From the NCBI GenBank assembly GCA_963749155.1, contig CAVVLO010000003.1, positions 448,001-512,000 on the forward strand: 64,000 nucleotides of DNA, given 5' to 3'. Under the pieces are notes generated by a model, which was given only the letters and a program-made list of their open reading frames with translations, ran no database searches and was not told the origin of the DNA. The stretch is from an uncultured Armatimonadia bacterium (GTDB taxonomy: Bacteria; Armatimonadota; Zipacnadia; CAVVLO01). Positions 38,909 to 49,243 of this stretch are shown piece after piece; position 1 is the first letter of the stretch, and every line of letters begins with the position of its first letter. The position numbers and the translations under genes are program-made.

Positions 38909-41900
38909 ATGAGGCTTTTGGCCCTCTTGCTACTCTTTGCATGTGCTCTTTTTGCTCATGCGGCGCGTCCTGGCGCCCCCCGTAACCTGCGCTCGGAGTA
39001 TCTCACCAACCCGCTGGCTGTGCAGACCACGGTCCCGCGCCTCTCCTGGGAAGTTAACGACAGCCGCCGAGGTGCCGTTCAGGGGGCTTACAGGGTGCTT
39101 GTGGCCTCTTCCCCGGAGCGTCTTGCTGAGGGTCAGGCTGACCTTTGGGACAGCGGCCTTGTTGCTGTCCGATGAGACTTGCCAAATCGCCTATGAAGGC
39201 GCCCTTCTCACCTCTCGGCAGCCCTGTTGGTGGAAGGTCCGTACCTATGATGTCGAAGGAGAGCCCTCTCCCTACAGTAAACCAGCTTTCTTCGCCATCG
39301 GCCTGCTTGCGCCGGAAGACTGGAGTGCCCATTGGATAAGCGATCCCGAGCAGCCGACCTCCAACACCGCAAGACCTCATAATGGCTATCATAGCGCGCT
39401 TTCCGACTCACCTGCCGAGGGAAAATGGGTGACCGTCGATTTAGGGCAGGCTGGGTCTTTTGATGCCATCCGGCTCTTCCCCGCGCGCCCTTATGACTGG
39501 AACGGCAAGGTGGACGGCTTCCTCTTCCCGGTTCGATACCGCCTCGAAGCCTCTGACACCGAGGATTTCGCCCATCCGGTGGTCCTTGTTGACCGAGCCA
39601 GCGAAGATCAATCGGCCGCGTCTGAACCAGTTTTTGCGAGCTTCTCCGAGGTCACCGCGCGCTATGTGAGGCTGGTCGCTACCAAGTTGCGCAACCGGGG
39701 AGATGGCAAATTCGCCCTTGCCCTGGCCGAGTTGCAAGTGCTGAAAGGCGAAGAGGTGCTCTCGAAGGGCGTTAGGGTCTTTGCAAAAGATGCAATCGAA
39801 AACGAGGCCTGGGGCGTTGAGAGGCTGGTAGACGATGACCTTACCGGCCATCCAGGAGGCGTAGCTGCGCCTTTGGCGCCTCCGGTGCTGCGGAAGGGCT
39901 TCGCCCTCTCGGCGCCCATCCGGAAGGCAAGCCTTTATGTATCCGCCCTTGGCCTTTACGAGGCGCAACTGAATGGCCAGCCTGTCGGCGACCAGCAACT
40001 GGCACCAGAATGGACTGACTACACGAAACGCGTGATGTATCAGGTCTATGACGTTACCGACCTGTTGCAGGAAGGCAACAACTGTCTGGCTGCCCAGCTT
40101 GGAGATGGCTGGTGGGCAGGGCGCATCGGGATGGCGCCACCTCCCGGACGCTTCGTATACGGAGACCGGCCCTGGCTGCTCGCTCAGCTTGAGGTAGAGC
40201 TTGCAGATGGCTCCACCGCGCGCATCGTGACCGATGACACCTGGCGCTCCACACGCGAAGGGCCAGTCCGAATCGCTGACCTGCTGGACGGGATGTTCTA
40301 CGATGCCAACCTGGAACTGTCAGGTTACGGTCTGCCAGGCTACGATGACACTACCTGGAACAAGGCAGAATTGGGCGACTTCCCTGCCATCGCGCTGTTT
40401 GCGCAGTCGGATGAGCCAATGCGGGTTAAAGAGCGGCGAGTTGCCCTCTCTGTAACCGAGCCGCAACCGGGCATTTTCGTTTTCGATATGGGTCAGAACC
40501 TGGTAGGTCACGCGCTTGTAAAAATTGTAGGCCCAACGACCGGTGAAGTTGTCCTCCAACATGCCGAAGCGGTCAACGAGGATGGCACCGTTTACACTGC
40601 CAATCTGCGCGGCGCGCCCCAACGAGATGTTTTCCTTCCCGGCGCCGCTACCGAGCAGGTGTTTGCGCCAACCCTCACCTCGCACGGGTTCCGTTACGTG
40701 CAGGTAACAGGGCTGCTCTATCAACCTGAGGCAGCCGACCTCGAGGCGCGTGTTATCCACACCTCCGCGCCCGAGGTGGGCAGTTTCGAGTGCAGCAATC
40801 CGAAGCTCAACCGGTTGTGGGAGAACATCCTCTGGACCCAGCGCGGCAACCTGACGGGAATCCCGACCGACTGCCCCCAGCGTGACGAACGCCTCGGTTG
40901 GATGGGCGATATCCAGGCTTTCGGCCAGACTGCCTGCTTCAATATGGATATGGCCGCCTTCCTCACCAAGTTCACCCAGGATATGCGCGACGGTCAGAAT
41001 CCAGATGGCGCTTTTGCCGATGTCTCCCCGCGAGTGCCCTATCTGCCCGGGCCAGGCGCTCCCGCCTGGGGCGATGCGGGGGTCATCCTTCCCTGGCGCG
41101 CGTGGCAGAATTATGCGGATGATCGCCTGCTCGCTCAGCATTTCGATGCAGCACGGCGCTGGGTGGACCGGGTGGACGAACTCAACCCGAACCACCTCTG
41201 GCTGGAGGGGCGCGGCGCCGACTATAACGACTGGCTGAACGGCAACTGGGTCATCGCCGAGGGCTGGCCGAGCGAGGGCGGCGAGGTCCCTCGAGAGGTC
41301 TTTGCAACTGCCTTCTTCGCCCATTCGACCGACCTCGTGGCGCGGATGGCGGACGTGCTTGGGCGCAAGGAGGACGCCAACTCTTACCATGCCCTCTTTG
41401 AAGCCATCCGGAAGGCGTTCAATGACGAATTCGTGGACGAAGATGGGCGTATCCAGGGTGATACCCAGGCCGGTTACGCGCTGGCCCTCGACTTCGGACT
41501 GCTCTCCCCCGAACGCGAGCAGCAGGCCGTCACCCACCTGCTGGCGGGTCTGGAACGTTATGGCTGGCACTGCTCGACAGGCATCGAGGCGACTCACAGG
41601 CTGCTACTGGCCCTCTCGCACCTCGGCAGGTCGGACGTCGTCTGGCGCCTGGTGACGGATGAAAGCTTCCCAGGCTGGCTGTATATGGTGGATCAGGGGG
41701 CGACGACCATCTGGGAGCGCTGGGATGGCTATGTTAAGGGCCGCGGCTTCCAAAATCCGGGGATGAACAGCCTCAACCACTGGGCCTTTGGCGCGGTCGG
41801 CGAATGGTTATATGCCTGGGCACTGGGCCTGCAACTCGACGAGGCGAACCCAGGCTGGAAGCACTTCACCGTGCGCCCCCAACCTGGCGGGGGACTCGAT

Positions 41901-42161
41901 TGGGCGCGCGGCAGTTATCGCTCTATCAGAGGTGAGATCACCGTCGGTTGGCGGCTTAGTGGAGAGGAGCTGGCTCTGTCGGTTACTATCCCTGCCAACA
42001 CGACCGCCACGCTCTGGATGCCAACGAGCGACCCCTCTTCAGTGCGCGAGGGCGGCCAACCACTGACCGAAGTCGAAGGAATCTCGAATATCACCGAGCA
42101 ACCAGGCGCCTTGGTGCTAGAGGTTGGCGCGGGCAGTTATCAATTCACTGCGCAGCGTTAG
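38909..42161 (+). CDS. Alpha-L-rhamnosidase (GH78) with inserted F5/8-type domain; frameshift near 39165
   Basis: Signal peptide, LRSEYLTNPLAV, LYVSALGLYE, LAPEWTDY.KRV.YQ.YDVT, FDMGQN, IPTDCPQRDERLGWMGD, GATTIWERWD, MNSLNHWAFG. Confidence 0.92.
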
Positions 42162-43128
42162 GGGCGACAGTAAAATCGGCGACGACCATCCGGTGGTCAC
42201 TCGATGGAAGCTCGACTGCCGTACAGTTGACAGGCTCAAGGGCTTTGCTTGCCCAGATGGCATCGATCCGGTGCACTGGGAAATCGGAGATGATTGTGTC
42301 GCCCCAGCCCCGGCCAGCGACGGCGAAGGCGTCCTGTAAACCCTCTGGCATCAGGCGGAAGATAGCATCTCTGGCAGGTGCATTGAAGTCGCCGCCTATG
42401 ATGAGAGAGGCGCTGGCTGGCCTTACCGCTGGAAGTTCAAGTGGCAACTCAAGCTGCTTTCTGCGCCCGCGCCGGCTTCTCAACTGGTCGCGCCAGCAAA
42501 AAGGATTCCATAAGTCAAACCGATAAGTCGCCGGAAAGAGCCGCAGGCTGATGACCTCGAGCCTCTGCCCCTCCGGCAGGATTACCAGGCAGCGCACGCT
42601 GTAGGTCTGCTCAAGCCCAGCCTGCAGCAATTGCTCGATTTTCCCGCGTCCCATCACCGAGGCATCTGGGCCACAGACAACCTCCAGGCCCCGTGCTGCA
42701 GCGAGCTGTTCGAGCTCCTCTCGGCCAGGGCTTTCCTGAATCAGCAGCACATCTGGTTGCTGCTCCAGCGCCTCCTCTATAACATCGAGATTACCCCCTG
42801 CGCAGTTTATGGTTATGATCCTGAGAGATGCACCAGCAGGTGGCCGGCTCAGCGTCCGCAGAAGTCCTGGCAGCTCATCAACCGAGACCAGACAGAAGCC
42901 CAGCCAGGCCACCAGCCCGACCAGGGCAACATGCCAGCTCGCGGAGCGCCACCACAGGTACAGGCTGCCGAATCCGAGAAGGGGCCAGAGCCAGGCAGGG
43001 AAGATCGTCAGCGCCGCCGCCCAGTCGGGCTGAAACCAGTAGATAGCACCAAGCCCAAGGGCAGGCGTCAGAATCACAACGAAGGCAAGAGCTGAAGGCC
43101 CAGCTTGCGATTTGCCTTCTTCGCTCAT
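42145..43128 (-). CDS. Membrane-bound endonuclease/exonuclease/phosphatase (EEP) family protein
   Basis: Three N-terminal TMs; LRIITIN, PDVLLIQE, IIGGDFN, RIDAIW, SDHRMVVADF. Confidence 0.88.
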   Translation of the reverse strand: MSEEGKSQAGPSALAFVVILTPALGLGAIYWFQPDWAAALTIFPAWLWPLLGFGSLYLWWRSASWHVALVGLVAWLGFCLVSVDELPGLLRTLSRPPAGASLRIITINCAGGNLDVIEEALEQQPDVLLIQESPGREELEQLAAARGLEVVCGPDASVMGRGKIEQLLQAGLEQTYSVRCLVILPEGQRLEVISLRLFPATYRFDLWNPFCWRDQLRSRRGRRKQLELPLELPAVRPASASLIIGGDFNAPARDAIFRLMPEGLQDAFAVAGRGWGDTIISDFPVHRIDAIWASKALEPVNCTAVELPSSDHRMVVADFTVAPNAAQ

Positions 43129-44271
43129 TTCCAGGTCGCCTGGGCGGCCTCGGTCATCGCCAGCACATTCTCGACGGGAGTTCCCGGTAGCACCGTGTTA
43201 GATGAGCCTAAAATCAGCCTCCCATGAGGCGCACAAGCAGCAACTAAATCGCCCGCGACCTCTGCGACCTGCTGGGCGCTGCCGTTACGTAGCACTGCGC
43301 AGCTTATATTGCCCCAGCAGGTCAGGCGCGGAAAGCGCTGCTGCAGTTCAGGTATGGTCATTCCCGCATCGTGGTCTATCTCGCCGTATCCCTCGACTCC
43401 CTCGCCGCCAAAAAGCGTGTCCGCAACAGGCCACAGATTACCGTCTGAACGGAAGCAGTAGACCATCTCGAGCTCGCGCGCCTTGTCTGCGAGTCCCCGA
43501 TAACGTGGCCCGACGATACGGTCGAAGAGCTTCGGCCCATAGGTCGGCCCGCTATTGTCGGCAAGGTCTCCCCCACCCCAGGCGATACGCACGCCCAGTG
43601 CCGCGGCCGCTTCGAGTTGCTGCAGACCAAGCTGATATTCGGCCTCGACCAGTGATCCGACTAGGCCGGCGCCAGCGCGCACGCGGTCAGCCATTCTTCG
43701 ATCCAACGGTACCGAGAGCATCGCCATCCCGCAGACGGGCTCCAGTTCCTCACCGCAGAAGACAATCCAGCGTTTGATGCCCTCTTCAAAGCCCTCTCTG
43801 CGCCTCTTCCTGAAGCTTTCAGCAAGCCTTTGCCAGCCTTTCACGGTGCCTTCCAGCGTCTCTTCACTGCGCCATCCGGGCTTGTGCGAATACGCCACAG
43901 GCCCATAGGTCTTCGCCGTCGGATCGAATCTGTAAAGCGTCCACCAGCCAGCCTCGTCACCATACAGGAACTCATATTCGCTGACCTGCTTGGCCGGTCG
44001 GCCAGACAGCCAGGTAGGGGAAAGGGCTCCCCAGCCGAAGCAGTCGAGCCAAATCGCGATTATCCTCGTCCACCTGCGCGAGAAAAGCCGCATACTCGTC
44101 CTCACCGCGCAGGGAGGCAACCGCTTGCTGATAATGCAGATAGGTACTTCCAGTAAAAGCCTCTCGACCAAGCAACTCGGAGGCTACATCGGAAGCGAAA
44201 GCCTGCTCCCATACTGGCACCTGCTGTGCCTTGCCCTCAAAAGCGGCCAGAAATCGCTGGCGATTGGTCAT
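43125..44271 (-). CDS. URO-D / MtaA-like family protein; frameshift near 44040
   Basis: MTNRQRFLAAFEGK..QVPVWE; GGGDLADNSGP, FRSDGNLW, WGNIS, LILGSSNTVLPGTPVEN. Confidence 0.8.
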
Positions 44272-44411
44272 CTGTCTCTCCCTACAACACTTGTGAAGGC
44301 AGGTTCGGCGAAGGCACGATGACTCCTGCAGGCTTGTGCCGGCAGGTAACCTGCCCAAGACCTCGAACCCCTAACCGCCAGCCTTGCTTTCCAAAAGATG
44401 GCTGGCAGGTG

Positions 44412-45890
44412 ATGAAAATGGCTTCAGATCGACCCAATGTGCTCGTACTGCTTGCTGACCAGCATCGCTACGACTGCCTTGGTTGCTACGGCAACGAGCA
44501 AGTTCAGACACCCAATCTCGATGCACTGGCAGACGAGGGCCTGGTTTTTGAGCACTGCTGCTGCACTTATCCTGTATGCACACCGAGTCGTTATTCGTTG
44601 CTGACCGGACTGCATGTGCACCAGCACCTTGGCGCCACCAATAACGTCACTCTGCATCCTGGTCTGGACACCTTCCCGCGGTTGCTCGCCGAGGCTGGCT
44701 ACCACACCAAGGCTGTGGGCAAGATGCACTACCACCCTACCTATCTGGATGTCGGCTTCGAAGAGATGGTCCTCTCCGAACAAGATGGTCCAGGCCGGTG
44801 GGATGACGACTATCACCGGTATCTGCGTTCAAAGGGCCTGGCCGACAAGGTCGATATGTGGGACCAGCTTTGGCAATACCGCAAGCAAGCCCCGCCCTCG
44901 CACTTCGCCGAACTGGGCAGCCAGGAAAGCGACCTGCCCGAGGCTGAATACTCGACCACCTGGATTGCTGACCGCGCGATGGAGACGATCAGGGCCTGGG
45001 AAGGCGGCGGCAACCTGCTGATGGCAGGCTTCATCAAGCCCCACCACCCTTTCGATGCCCCTGCGCCCTGGAGCGAGTTATACAATCCTGACGAGCTCTC
45101 GCCCTTGCCTGGCTGGCTGGAAGAGCCGCTGTCTCGAGAGACCGCTCGAAGCCACGGCTACTATCCCCATGAGACGATGACCCTGCCAATGCTGCAGCGA
45201 GCGATGGCCCAATACTATGCGACCATCAGCCAGATCGACTTCCACCTTGGGCGGATGGTCGAACTGCTGCGCCAGCGCGGCCTGTATGATGACACCCTGA
45301 TTGTCTACACCGCCGACCATGGCGAGTATATGGGCTTCCATCACCTCTTGTTAAAGGCCAACTATATGTATGATCCGCTCATCCAGGTACCGCTGGTAAT
45401 GAAGCTGCCAGGCGGCGCCCGCGCCGGAGAACGTCCCGACGTGCTCGCGAGCGGCATCGATTTGGCGCCGACCATACTCGCGCAGGCCGGCGTTCTCCCA
45501 GGCCAATGGATGCGCGGCCTGGACCTCGCGCAACCAGAAGCTAGCCGCGATCACGTTTGCGCCTCAGCCTATGGCGGCGGTGAATATATGATAAGGACGC
45601 GGGAGCGTAAACTGCTGCTCACACCGCGACCGGAATCGTCGCTCTTGTTTGACCTTGCGGCTGATCCACTCGAAAAGACCAACCTGTATAACGCCCCGGA
45701 GCGCCAGTCCGAGGTGCAAGACCTGACCAACCGGCTGGCCAGATGGCTAATGTTCGAGGCGCCTTACCCCCACTGTGCCTTCGAGCGCGCTCCTGTAATC
45801 GAAGGCCCTAATGTGCCTGATATGAGCGATGACCACGCCGCAGATGCCCAAAGTTATTTCCTGCCCAAGGCTTTCTCCAATCTGGATTAG
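44412..45890 (+). CDS. Formylglycine-dependent sulfatase (S1)
   Basis: RPNVLVLLADQHR, CTPSRYSLLTG (CxPxR), GYHTKAVGKMH, KPHHPF, TADHGE. Confidence 0.93.
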   Translation: MKMASDRPNVLVLLADQHRYDCLGCYGNEQVQTPNLDALADEGLVFEHCCCTYPVCTPSRYSLLTGLHVHQHLGATNNVTLHPGLDTFPRLLAEAGYHTKAVGKMHYHPTYLDVGFEEMVLSEQDGPGRWDDDYHRYLRSKGLADKVDMWDQLWQYRKQAPPSHFAELGSQESDLPEAEYSTTWIADRAMETIRAWEGGGNLLMAGFIKPHHPFDAPAPWSELYNPDELSPLPGWLEEPLSRETARSHGYYPHETMTLPMLQRAMAQYYATISQIDFHLGRMVELLRQRGLYDDTLIVYTADHGEYMGFHHLLLKANYMYDPLIQVPLVMKLPGGARAGERPDVLASGIDLAPTILAQAGVLPGQWMRGLDLAQPEASRDHVCASAYGGGEYMIRTRERKLLLTPRPESSLLFDLAADPLEKTNLYNAPERQSEVQDLTNRLARWLMFEAPYPHCAFERAPVIEGPNVPDMSDDHAADAQSYFLPKAFSNLD

Positions 45891-46084
45891 CCCCAGGCCG
45901 CCAGGCGAGTGGTGACTGCCCGTGACCAACTCGCCCGGCGGTATCAGGGCATATGGAGGGCGCAAGGCCCAAGTGGGCTCCAGCTTAGTTATCGGTAGAT
46001 TTCTGCTGGGCTTTAGAGTTTGAGGCAGGTAATTTTCGATTTTTTCACGAACTAGGGGCAGCCTCAAGAGGCAAGGAGGTCATC

Positions 46085-47638
46085 GTGAGGTTGCTGGGGC
46101 TTCTAATCTGCGCGCTACTCGCGTTTTCTGGGGGCGTAAGGGGCCAGGAAGAAGGCCCAAAAGAGGCTTTGAGTCTTCCTTGCGTCTACAATGTAAGGGA
46201 CTTCGGCGCCGTTGGAGATGGCCTGAGGGACGATACAGAGGCCTTTCAAGCCGCGCTTGAGGCTGCTCGGGCGACCGGCGGGACAGTCCTGGTGCCGCCT
46301 GTGACCGCAGGGCAGGGCTACGTGCTGACTCGCACTGTGCGGGTGCCGCGTTCAGTGGCGCTGGTTGGCTCTCTGGCGGGGCTTACAAACAACTCCTGGT
46401 CAGCCTATGACCTGCCCGACAGCAACGTCGTCGGCTGCAAGATTTTCGCGCGGCCAGCGCCTGACCAGTGGCAAGGAGAGGCCAAAGCGCCTCTTTTCTG
46501 GCTTGAGGGAGGCTGCACGGTGCGCGGTCTCTTCATCCTCTACGACCAGCAGCCCTGGCCGAGTGATGAGCAATTTCAGGATAAAGCCTCTCCCTTTTAT
46601 TATGAAAGCTTCGAAGCAGCGCGCGAAGGCTTCGAACGCGATCACGTTAAGCCCTACGGCCCAACTTTCTACGCCGACTTCGGCACCAACATCGTGCTGG
46701 AAGACCTCCAGTGCGACCGCTATTATGATTTCCTCTACTTCCGCCAGGCGGGCCGCTGCTGGATAAACCGCATCGCGCTGTATGGCTACAAGCGGGGGTT
46801 CACACTGCAGGAGATCCCCGATGTGGTGCGCATCCAGGGCATCCATATGGTGCCGAATGTGGGCCCGGCCTGCCCGGGCCCAACTGGGCCTGGACGCACT
46901 TACACCTGGATTTACGCCCTTTGTGCCAGTGATCCGGAACAGATTGGTTTCCAATTTGGAAATTACGATGGCCTTACGTTGATGGATCTGACCTGTTTCG
47001 GAATGCATACAGGCATCCAGTTTGGCGCCAGCAAGGCTTTCCCTGTAAATAATCCAGTGGAAAACGTCGACTGCTACTGGGATGAAGAATCCGGCAAGCC
47101 GGTCGGTTTCCGCGGTAACTACGCGCCCGGCACTGGCCCCTGGGGCGCGATTACTGATCTCAAGCTCGACCAGGTCTGCGTCGGGCTGCACTTTGTCTGG
47201 CCCTCGCCCCTGACCGTGAGGCTGACCAACTGTCTTATCTTCCCCGCCTTCGATGATGGGCAAGACTTCGAAGCAGCCGGCGGAAGCGGCAATCTGACAG
47301 GGGTCGCGCGGCAGGCGGCTTTTCTCGTTGAACCTACCTACAGCGCCAAGTTTTCTGGTGGCTACAAGCCTGTCGTGATGGGTAACAACGTCGTGCTGGC
47401 GAGTTTTAACGACAGCGGGCGGTTCGCCCCTGCCTCGGCCGATTGTCGGACTGCCAACGGTCGCGCCTTCCTGCTGGGCGGCGATGTGACAATGGATTTC
47501 ACAGGCCTTCAGCTTTACATCCCATACGGCGAAGATCTGCTGTGGGCGCGTGGGTCAGCCAGCACCGACGCGAGTGTGAAACTTCGCGGATTCATCCTGG
47601 CCGGTGAGCCGAAATCTGATATCGAATTTGGCAAATAA
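46085..47638 (+). CDS. Secreted pectate-lyase-superfamily (beta-helix) protein
   Basis: RBS AGGAGG, signal peptide, YNVRDFGAVGDGLRDDTEAFQAALEAA..TGGTVLVP. Confidence 0.8.
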   Translation: MRLLGLLICALLAFSGGVRGQEEGPKEALSLPCVYNVRDFGAVGDGLRDDTEAFQAALEAARATGGTVLVPPVTAGQGYVLTRTVRVPRSVALVGSLAGLTNNSWSAYDLPDSNVVGCKIFARPAPDQWQGEAKAPLFWLEGGCTVRGLFILYDQQPWPSDEQFQDKASPFYYESFEAAREGFERDHVKPYGPTFYADFGTNIVLEDLQCDRYYDFLYFRQAGRCWINRIALYGYKRGFTLQEIPDVVRIQGIHMVPNVGPACPGPTGPGRTYTWIYALCASDPEQIGFQFGNYDGLTLMDLTCFGMHTGIQFGASKAFPVNNPVENVDCYWDEESGKPVGFRGNYAPGTGPWGAITDLKLDQVCVGLHFVWPSPLTVRLTNCLIFPAFDDGQDFEAAGGSGNLTGVARQAAFLVEPTYSAKFSGGYKPVVMGNNVVLASFNDSGRFAPASADCRTANGRAFLLGGDVTMDFTGLQLYIPYGEDLLWARGSASTDASVKLRGFILAGEPKSDIEFGK

Positions 47639-47692
47639 CTGCGCAAAACCAGGCGTGGAGCACTTCCGGCCTGACAATACGGGAGGAGAGAG

Positions 47693-48982
47693 ATGGACGA
47701 CGTACGCAAGACAGTAGGCGATTCGGACTGGTTCGTGAAGGACCGCTTCGGGCTTTTCATCCACTGGGGCCTGTATGCGATGGCCGCCCGCCACGAGTGG
47801 GTGCAGCATCAGGAGCAGATCCCGCCCAGCCTCTACGAAAGCAAGTATTTCAAGCGCTTTGACCCCGATCTCTACGACCCGAATCTCTGGGCCGAGGCCG
47901 CCTCAAACGCGGGGATGAAGTACTTCGTCATCACTACCAAGCACCATGAGGGCTTCTGCCTGTGGGACAGCGCCCTTACCGACTACAAAGCGCCCAACAC
48001 GCCGTGCAAACGCGATCTGCTGCGGCCGATGGTGGATGCCTTCCGCGCCCAGAATATGCGGGTGGGCTTCTACCATTCCCTCATCGACTGGCATCACCCC
48101 GACTATATCATCGACCCGCATATCGGGCCGCTGCGCGCTGGCGACCGCGACGCGCTGAACGTGGGGCGCGAGCAGATGCGCTATGCGGACTATCTCCACG
48201 GGCAGGTGCGCGAGCTGCTGACCCAGTTCGGGCAGGTGGATATCCTCTGGCTCGATTTTAGCTATCCAAATCCGGACGGTTCGGGCAAGGGCCACGATGA
48301 CTGGCGCAGCGCAGAGCTTTACAAGCAGGTGCGCGAGTTGATGCCCAACCTGATAATCAACGACCGGCTGGACCTCGAAAACGAGTGGGACTTCAAGACG
48401 CCCGAACAGTTCGTCCCCCGGCGCGGCGTGATGGTGAACGGGCAGAAAGTGGTCTGGGAAGCCTGCCACACTTTCAGCGGTTCCTGGGGTTATCATCGGG
48501 ATGAGGCAAGCTGGAAGAGCCTCGACCAGCTCGTCGAGATGCTCATAGACAACGTCGCCAAGGGCGGCAACCTGCTGCTGAACGTCGGCCCGACGGGGCG
48601 CGGCGAGTTCGACGAGCGCGTGCTTACGCGGCTGCAGGGGATGGGCGAATGGATGAAGCGCCACGGGCGCTCTATCTACGGCTGCGGCGCGGCGCCCGAG
48701 GAGTTCAAGTGCCCGCAGGACTGCCGCCTGACCTACAATGCGGAGACGAACAGGCTCTACGTGCACCTCTTCGCCTGGCCCTTCGAGCTGCTGCATCTGG
48801 ACGGGATGGCGGGCAAGGTCGCTTATGCCCAACTGCTGAACGACGGCTCGGAGGTCGGGATGACCGATCTGCCCGGCCACCAGGCGGTGTACGGCGACCA
48901 GGGCGAGGGCACGCTGACGCTGAAGCTGCCAGTGCTGAAGCCGAACGTGACAGTGCCGGTCGTGGAGCTGTTCCTCAAGTAA
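47693..48982 (+). CDS. Alpha-L-fucosidase (GH29)
   Basis: RFGLFIHWGLY, AGMKYFVITTKHHEGFCLW, GFYHSLIDW, DILWLDF, IINDR, GGNLLLNVGP. Confidence 0.95.
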   Translation: MDDVRKTVGDSDWFVKDRFGLFIHWGLYAMAARHEWVQHQEQIPPSLYESKYFKRFDPDLYDPNLWAEAASNAGMKYFVITTKHHEGFCLWDSALTDYKAPNTPCKRDLLRPMVDAFRAQNMRVGFYHSLIDWHHPDYIIDPHIGPLRAGDRDALNVGREQMRYADYLHGQVRELLTQFGQVDILWLDFSYPNPDGSGKGHDDWRSAELYKQVRELMPNLIINDRLDLENEWDFKTPEQFVPRRGVMVNGQKVVWEACHTFSGSWGYHRDEASWKSLDQLVEMLIDNVAKGGNLLLNVGPTGRGEFDERVLTRLQGMGEWMKRHGRSIYGCGAAPEEFKCPQDCRLTYNAETNRLYVHLFAWPFELLHLDGMAGKVAYAQLLNDGSEVGMTDLPGHQAVYGDQGEGTLTLKLPVLKPNVTVPVVELFLK

Positions 48983-48993
48983 CCAACTAGTGC

Positions 48994-49143
48994 GGGTGCA
49001 GGGGGCAATGCCCCCTGCGGGGTTCAGAGCTTTGAAGAGCGCAGGGGGGCGTGAGCGAAGCTCACGAGTCGCCCCTGCACCCCCATACTCACTTGGCGTT
49101 CCCTAGCTCTGGTGTTTCGGGGCTTCAGCCCCGAAACCAGAGC
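48994..49143. repeat. REP-like palindrome cluster
   Basis: GGGTGCAGGGGGCAATGCCCCCTGCG; GCAGGGG..CGTGAGCGAAGCTCACG..CCCCTGC; GCTCTGGTGTTTCGGGGCTTCAGCCCCGAAACCAGAGC. Confidence 0.75.
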
Positions 49144-49243
49144 GGCTAAGGCGCTGGCCGCGAGCCCAGATGCCGGGAGGTCAGCATCGGGGCTTCTGGC
49201 AGTGGTTTATCGGCAGGTAAACTGAGCGTGCAGGAGGCAGCAG